A DNA stretch of 64,000 nt from an uncultured Subdoligranulum sp. (GTDB lineage: Bacteria; Bacillota; Clostridia; Oscillospirales; Ruminococcaceae), in the NCBI GenBank assembly GCA_964560675.1, contig CAZLMA010000005.1, positions 7,473 through 71,472 on the forward strand, read 5' to 3'. Below, piece by piece: positions 58,660 through 64,000 of the stretch. A program made the position numbers and the translations under genes. Positions within the stretch are counted from its first letter, which is position 1. Each line of letters begins with the position of its first letter. The notes beneath the pieces were generated by a model, which was given only the letters and a program-made list of their open reading frames with translations, was not told the DNA's origin and made no database searches.

Positions 58660-59184
58660 CTATTCCTCTGCGTCCGAGGCGGAAAACATACCGGGAATCG
58701 GCGTCACCGTGACTTTCCGGTTTTGGATATCAATCTCTTGCACAAAGGCAGGTACGGCGGGGAACCGATACGTCGCGCCCTTCTCATCCGTGACGGTGTA
58801 GATATCCTGTGCGGCGGGATGATCCACGTCGGAAACAGTGCCGTAGATAACCCCGCTGTTGGCATCTACAACCGAGCAGCCCAAAACATCGTCAATAAAA
58901 TAGCGATCCTGGGGCAGTTGGACATCCCGCTTGGCAAAGTAGAACGTGCGGCCCACCAGGCTGCGCGCTTTGTCTATATCGTCGATGCCGGCAAAACACA
59001 AAATCGCGCGATCCCGCTGCCCGCGCACCGCACGCAAAAGCAGAGGCTCTCCCCCCTCTTGCGACGGATACAGTCTTTTAAGGGAGGCCAAAAACGCAAT
59101 GCCGTCGCAAAGCGGGAGTGCCTTGAGTTCCCCGTGCACGCCGTGCGTGGCAACCAGCCGGCAGGCGGGAAGATATTCTTTCAT
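58660..59184 (-). CDS. rimM: Ribosome maturation factor RimM
   Basis: THGVHGELK, YFIDDVLGC, PRC-barrel C-terminus; operon position. Confidence 0.92.
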   Translation of the reverse strand: MKEYLPACRLVATHGVHGELKALPLCDGIAFLASLKRLYPSQEGGEPLLLRAVRGQRDRAILCFAGIDDIDKARSLVGRTFYFAKRDVQLPQDRYFIDDVLGCSVVDANSGVIYGTVSDVDHPAAQDIYTVTDEKGATYRFPAVPAFVQEIDIQNRKVTVTPIPGMFSASDAEE

Positions 59185-59248
59185 GATACCATTGCCACGA
59201 AGCGCCGACCACGCCGGCCTGCGGGAGCTACAGAGAAAGCACAGCGGT

Positions 59249-59482
59249 TCATCCGATCTCCACAATCGCTTTCTCGCCCTGGCGCACAGCGGCCGCGCGC
59301 GCAACGACGCGTATCGCTTTGGCGATACGGCCCTGCTTGCCGATCACACGACCCATATCATCCTCCGCCACTTGGATATGATAGACAACCGCGCCGTCTT
59401 CCCGCGGGGGATCCGCTACCACTTGTACGGCGTCTTTATTTTCAACAAGGCCGCGGGCCACAGCCATGAGCAATTCCTGCAT
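59249..59482 (-). CDS. khpA: KH-domain RNA-binding protein KhpA (YlqC)
   Basis: DDMGRVIGKQGRIAKAIR. Confidence 0.93.
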   Translation of the reverse strand: MQELLMAVARGLVENKDAVQVVADPPREDGAVVYHIQVAEDDMGRVIGKQGRIAKAIRVVARAAAVRQGEKAIVEIG

Positions 59483-59524
59483 GGGACATTCCTCCTTGGA
59501 ATTCAGTATCGAGCTGTGCGGCGG

Positions 59525-59764
59525 TTACAGAACGCCTGTCTTCTTGAGTAGGTTGCGAACGGTATCGGTCGGCTGGGCGCCATTTGTAAGCCACTGCTTT
59601 GCCTTGTCAGCGTCAATCTTGATGACGCTGGGCTCGGTGGTCGGGTCGTAATAGCCGATCTCCTCAATGAAGCGGCCGTCCCTTGCAAAGCGGCTGTCCG
59701 CTACAACGACGCGGTAAAATGGGGCCTTTTTGGCGCCCATACGGCGCAAACGAATTTTAACCAT
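59525..59764 (-). CDS. rpsP: 30S ribosomal protein S16
   Basis: [37 protein letters not shown]. Confidence 0.98.
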   Translation of the reverse strand: MVKIRLRRMGAKKAPFYRVVVADSRFARDGRFIEEIGYYDPTTEPSVIKIDADKAKQWLTNGAQPTDTVRNLLKKTGVL

Positions 59765-59881
59765 TGTCTTTTCCCTCCGATTTTTAGTTTTTCAGGATGA
59801 TTTTCATTTTGTATCGATGCAGGCCGAATGGGCCTGACCAAAGGCCATGGCAAGAAAAAAACAGAGAAGCTTTTGCGATGC

Positions 59882-61228
59882 TCAAAAGCCCGTCATCCCG
59901 CCGCGGCTTAAGCTGTTCATGCTGCGCATAAACGCCTTGGGGTTGCGTTTGGCTTTTTTCATCATCTTGCGCATGGTGTCAAACTGGCGCAAAAGTCGAT
60001 TGACTTCTTCTACGGTGCGACCGCTGCCAGCCGCGATCCGGCGTTTTCTTTTGGCGTCGATCATGCCGGGGTCTGCGCGCTCCGCCGGCGTCATGGAGTA
60101 GATGATCGCCTCAATATGGGGCATGGCCTTTTCGTCGATCGATTCCGGATCCACCTTGGCGCCCCCCGGCATCATTTGCAGCAGGGCCGAGGCGCCGCCC
60201 ATCTTTTTGATCTGCGCAAACTGATCCAGCATATCGTTTAGATCAAACCGGTTTTCCATCATGCGCTTGGCCGCCTGCTGCGCCTGCTTGGCATCCTGGG
60301 TGGACTGTGCCTTTTCGATCAAGGACAAGACGTCGCCCATGCCAAGAATACGCCCCGCCATACGCGCTGGGTAGAACGGTTCCAGATCGGTCAATTTCTC
60401 GCCGGTGCCCTGAAAGTAAATCGGCTGCCCCGTAACGGCCAGCACGGAAAGCGCAGCGCCGCCGCGCGTATCGCCGTCGGTTTTTGTGAGGATAACGCCC
60501 GTTATCCCCACTTTTTCGTGGAACGTTTTGGCGACATTGACCGCCTCTTGCCCGGCCATGGCATCGACAACCAAAAGCGTCTCGTCCACCGCTACGGCCT
60601 GTTTGATGCGAACGAGCTCGTCCATCAAAACCTCGTCGATCTGCAGCCGACCGGCGGTATCTAACAGCAGAATATCATACCCGTAATCCCGCGCGTACAA
60701 AAGTGCGTTTTGGGCAATCTCTTCCGGCTTTTCCGAGGGCCTCTCAAACACCGGAACCCCGGCCTGTTGCCCCAGGATTTTCAGCTGTTCTATGGCGGCG
60801 GGCCGGTATACATCGCAGGCGACCAAAAGCGGCCGACGCCCCTGACTGCGGTAATAGACGGCCAACTTGGCCGCGTGGGTGGTTTTTCCGTTGCCCTGCA
60901 ACCCGCACAGCATCAGAACCGTTTGGCCCTTGTTTTTGATGCGCAGCCGCTTGATCTCGTCACCGCCCATCAGGGCGGTGAGCTCCTCGTTGACGATTTT
61001 GACAACCTGCTGGGCAGGCGTCAGGCTCTCCATGACTTCCTGCCCCAGGGCGCGCTGTGACACCTGTGCGCAGAAATCCTTCGCCACTTTGTAGTTGACA
61101 TCCGCCTCCAGCAGCGCCATACGGACTTCGCGCATGGCGCTCTTGATGTCGTTCTCAGACAGTTTGCCCTTTCCGCGCAGTTTTTTAAAAACGGCCGAGA
61201 GCCGTTCGGACAGGGATTCAAATGCCAT
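59882..61228 (-). CDS. ffh: Signal recognition particle protein
   Basis: ALLEADVN, GLQGNGKTT, DVYRPAAIEQL, DTAGR, TKTDGD.RGGAALS, M domain. Confidence 0.98.
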   Translation of the reverse strand: MAFESLSERLSAVFKKLRGKGKLSENDIKSAMREVRMALLEADVNYKVAKDFCAQVSQRALGQEVMESLTPAQQVVKIVNEELTALMGGDEIKRLRIKNKGQTVLMLCGLQGNGKTTHAAKLAVYYRSQGRRPLLVACDVYRPAAIEQLKILGQQAGVPVFERPSEKPEEIAQNALLYARDYGYDILLLDTAGRLQIDEVLMDELVRIKQAVAVDETLLVVDAMAGQEAVNVAKTFHEKVGITGVILTKTDGDTRGGAALSVLAVTGQPIYFQGTGEKLTDLEPFYPARMAGRILGMGDVLSLIEKAQSTQDAKQAQQAAKRMMENRFDLNDMLDQFAQIKKMGGASALLQMMPGGAKVDPESIDEKAMPHIEAIIYSMTPAERADPGMIDAKRKRRIAAGSGRTVEEVNRLLRQFDTMRKMMKKAKRNPKAFMRSMNSLSRGGMTGF

Positions 61229-61613
61229 CGGCTTCCTCCCACACAGCCATCGTTTCAATAATTTCCAACATCTCGGCGCAGGCGCGCTCAATACGCGGAT
61301 CCATCGTGTAGAGCCCACTGTTGACCGTGCGGACCGAGGACGCCAACTGACGCAGCCGGGAGAGCTGTTTTTGGAATTCGGTTTCGCGCCGTGCGATGCC
61401 CAGCTTGTGTTCCCAGTCCTGCAGCGTCGCCTCGCCGTGCTTGATCGCATCCCGCACGCCCTGGCGCGATATGCCGCAATTCTCGGCGATTTCGGCGAGC
61501 GAGAGATCGTCGTTGTAATACTCTACCATAATTTCCCGCTGGCGGTCCGTCAGAACCGATCCGTAGTGATCCAGCAGCAATGAATAGGACAGATCCTTCT
61601 GCGGTCTTGGCAT
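61218..61613 (-). CDS. ylxM: YlxM/UPF0122 family protein
   Basis: LLLDHYGSVLTDRQ...YYNDDLSLAEIAE...SRQGV; immediately upstream of ffh. Confidence 0.92.
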   Translation of the reverse strand: MPRPQKDLSYSLLLDHYGSVLTDRQREIMVEYYNDDLSLAEIAENCGISRQGVRDAIKHGEATLQDWEHKLGIARRETEFQKQLSRLRQLASSVRTVNSGLYTMDPRIERACAEMLEIIETMAVWEEADGI

Positions 61614-61687
61614 TGAACTTCTCCCCGGCGCCGAAACCCGCGAACAGGGGGCAACCTTGTAAAGCAAATCTCTTTACACCGCAGCGC

Positions 61688-61716
61688 ATTATAACAGATT
61701 TTTTGTGCGCCGTCAA
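61688..61716 (-). promoter_or_regulatory. Sigma-A promoter of the ylxM-ffh operon
   Basis: TTGACG-17 nt-TATAAT on the minus strand. Confidence 0.8.
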
Positions 61717-61802
61717 CCTTCTTGCCGACATTTTTTGGCAAAGGGCGGGTCGATCGGTCAACAGGGACGGTCACACCGAAAAAACGGATGCTTTTGGGCA
61801 GT

Positions 61803-63524
61803 TTAGCAGCCGATGAGCACGGTCTTTCCGTCAAAGGCAAAGCCGTATTTTCGGATCTGCCCCTCTGCAAAGCCGCGGGCTACAAGTTCCCGATCATAGG
61901 CTTTTTCTTCGATCTGTTCAAGCGCCCTCTTTACGGTTGCCTCCAGATCCTTTTCTTTCTCCTTCTCGAATACCTTGAGCTCCAGGATGATCGCGTTCTT
62001 CTTTTGATCCTTCGGCTCTAGTACCACATCGTACCTGCCGTCCCCGCTCTCTCGGTTAGACCTAAGATAGTACTCACGATCCAGGTAGACCATCAGCCCC
62101 AGCACAAATCCGTGGTAAAAGCGCTCGGGTTCCTGCCCACCTACATCAAAAAAGCTGAACACGGTCTGCGTCACGCGGTTTAGGTTGCGGTTCATGCTCT
62201 CTACGTTGCCGCTTACAAACGCGCGCAGGAAATCCTGGTAGGCGGAGGACGCCCCATTAGAGGAAAACCATCCTCTTACCATGACGCGGAACATTCTAAG
62301 GACTTCCCCGTTGGTCAGCGCAAGGGTATAAGTCGGCAAGTCATCTGCCAGCGTGTCGGCGCCGAAGGTTGGATCCGCGCAGGCGGCCAAATCATACCCT
62401 GCAACGCCAAGCACCTTGAGATAGCCGCCGGCCAGCAGTAAGCTCCACAGAGCGTTGTCGTCTTGGTAGAGTTGGGAGAAGACGATCTGTTCGTCGATCG
62501 GCTTTTGGATGCTTTCGCCTGCCAAAAGCCTCTCGCAGTCCATCTTGACTTCTTTGCTGCCCTGCCGGATTAACACACTGACAAGCGAGTTGCTGCTGGT
62601 GTTGACCCAGTAGGTCCCCAGTTTTCTCTTATCTAGGCAGTTCGTGATGGACCAGGGATTGTAGATATTCTTTGCGCGGCCAAACGTAAAACCATCGTAC
62701 CAGTTCTTAACCGCATCGGCCTGGTCGGTTAAGCCAAATTCCACCAAAGCCCCGTCCACTTCCCGCTGGGTGAAGCCAAAGCATTCTTCATATTCCTCGC
62801 TCGTTGTCGTAACCACATCCAGGTTGTTCAGATCCGAGAAAATGGACTCCTTCGCGACGCGCGTGATGCCTGTCATCAGGCCGCGCTCTAAGTAGGGGTT
62901 GTCCTTGAAAGTTGAGCCGAAAAGCGGGCGCAGAAAGGCTACCAGCTGCTCCCAGTATCCGCTAACATAGGCCTCCTGCAGCGGCGTGTCGTATTCATCG
63001 AGCAGCACAATGACCTTTTTGCCGTAGCAGCGGGAGAGATAACTCATGAGGTTGCGAAGCGATCCGGCGGCGACATCATCTGCCATATCTCTGCCAATTG
63101 CCTCAAACGACGCTTTTTCGCCGTCCGATAGCAGATTTTCTTGTAACAGAAAACGGTTTTTCTCATAAAGCCCCTGGATTAGACCGCAGATACTCTTTTT
63201 TGCCACCGCAAAGGTTGTAAATTTCACCTCAGAGAAGCCCAAAGACAGGACGGGGTACGTGCCCTGCAAGGAGCGAAAGCGCTCCTCCCGCCAGATGGAA
63301 AGGCCCTCAAAAAGCTCCGTTCTTCCGGCGTAGTTTGCACCGAAGAAGCAGTTTACCATGTCCATGGTTAAGGTCTTGCCGAACCGGCGCGGGCGCAGGA
63401 TCGCGGTCACTTTTGCGCCACTGTCCCACCATTGCCGGATAAAATCTGTTTTATCGACGTAAAAATACTGTTTTTTGCGGAGGGTCTCAAAAAACTCTTC
63501 TCCGATCGCTACGGTCCTTGCCAT
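61803..63524 (-). CDS. AAA-ATPase-like protein with C-terminal PD-(D/E)XK nuclease domain (PDDEXK_9 type)
   Basis: FYVDKT, RPRRFGKT, LLDEYDTP, YWVNTSSN, NRESGDGRYD...ILELK. Confidence 0.92.
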   Translation of the reverse strand: MARTVAIGEEFFETLRKKQYFYVDKTDFIRQWWDSGAKVTAILRPRRFGKTLTMDMVNCFFGANYAGRTELFEGLSIWREERFRSLQGTYPVLSLGFSEVKFTTFAVAKKSICGLIQGLYEKNRFLLQENLLSDGEKASFEAIGRDMADDVAAGSLRNLMSYLSRCYGKKVIVLLDEYDTPLQEAYVSGYWEQLVAFLRPLFGSTFKDNPYLERGLMTGITRVAKESIFSDLNNLDVVTTTSEEYEECFGFTQREVDGALVEFGLTDQADAVKNWYDGFTFGRAKNIYNPWSITNCLDKRKLGTYWVNTSSNSLVSVLIRQGSKEVKMDCERLLAGESIQKPIDEQIVFSQLYQDDNALWSLLLAGGYLKVLGVAGYDLAACADPTFGADTLADDLPTYTLALTNGEVLRMFRVMVRGWFSSNGASSAYQDFLRAFVSGNVESMNRNLNRVTQTVFSFFDVGGQEPERFYHGFVLGLMVYLDREYYLRSNRESGDGRYDVVLEPKDQKKNAIILELKVFEKEKEKDLEATVKRALEQIEEKAYDRELVARGFAEGQIRKYGFAFDGKTVLIGC

Positions 63525-63582
63525 AAAGCGCCCTTCTTCTTGTCAATGGAAATCGTGCACCGAATTTAAAAGCCCTGCTGCC

Positions 63583-63612
63583 ATTATATCCCATGGCGCG
63601 GCGCGGTAGCAA
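63583..63612 (-). promoter_or_regulatory. Probable promoter of the AAA-nuclease gene
   Basis: TTGCTA-18 nt-TATAAT on the minus strand. Confidence 0.55.
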
Positions 63613-64000
63613 GTATTTTTAGGGAATTCTTACGGTTCCCAATTGCAAAACGTTCTACCTGTTATTGCAATTTACAATTGCAATTTACTACCGGAAAGTC
63701 GTATACAGGGAAGGCATCTTGTTTGCAACACATTTATCAGTTTTGTGTTCCGCGTTTGCGCTGACTGAGATAGAAACAAAGAGAGCTCTAATTTGACGCT
63801 ATATCGACATGATTCAAAGTTTTTTACAAAAATTTTGTCGCAGAGTTACATCCTCTGCGACACTTTTTTGCCCTTTTGCACATATGTAACATTATCACTT
63901 TTCTTACTGAAATTCAATAGATAAATAGAAATTGTGACAGATTTTTCTCCGCTCGTTCCATCCCCTGCGTACCAAAAATTGCCGGAAAATTGGTTTTTAC

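Overview
Chromosomal window from a moderately GC-rich Bacillota anaerobe; the protein sequences and gene order look like Clostridia, probably Oscillospiraceae/Ruminococcaceae (inference). It is mostly housekeeping: rpsT-greA-lysS, tRNA-Lys, trpS, serC-serA, hflX, smpB-ssrA, pfkA, metA, yajC, mfd-pth-glmU, htpG with a CIRCE, nucleoside salvage genes, a dcw cluster, uvrC, ptsH and ylxM-ffh-rpsP-khpA-rimM-trmD. Genes run mainly on + up to about 28.6 kb and mainly on - after that. I found no integrase, transposase, reverse transcriptase or CRISPR-Cas. The most unusual feature is at 20.6-24 kb: a perfect sigma-A promoter abutted by a C9 tract drives a ~225-nt leader in which four copies of a conserved 10-mer (YCCACYTGCM) alternate with variable hairpins. 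That leader precedes a lipoprotein with a repetitive stalk and Cys/His repeats, followed by an XRE-S24 repressor that appears to have lost its autocleavage residues. Other points of interest: a 134-bp duplicated lysS 3' end enclosing a lone AAA/DUF4143 gene (integration scar); two further solitary AAA-PD-(D/E)XK genes; a ~180-nt structured RNA candidate (possibly 6S) next to tRNA-Lys; an acetyltransferase-only GlmU; and a TrmD-GNAT fusion. All calls come from reading the sequence by eye; no database searches or folding programs were run.
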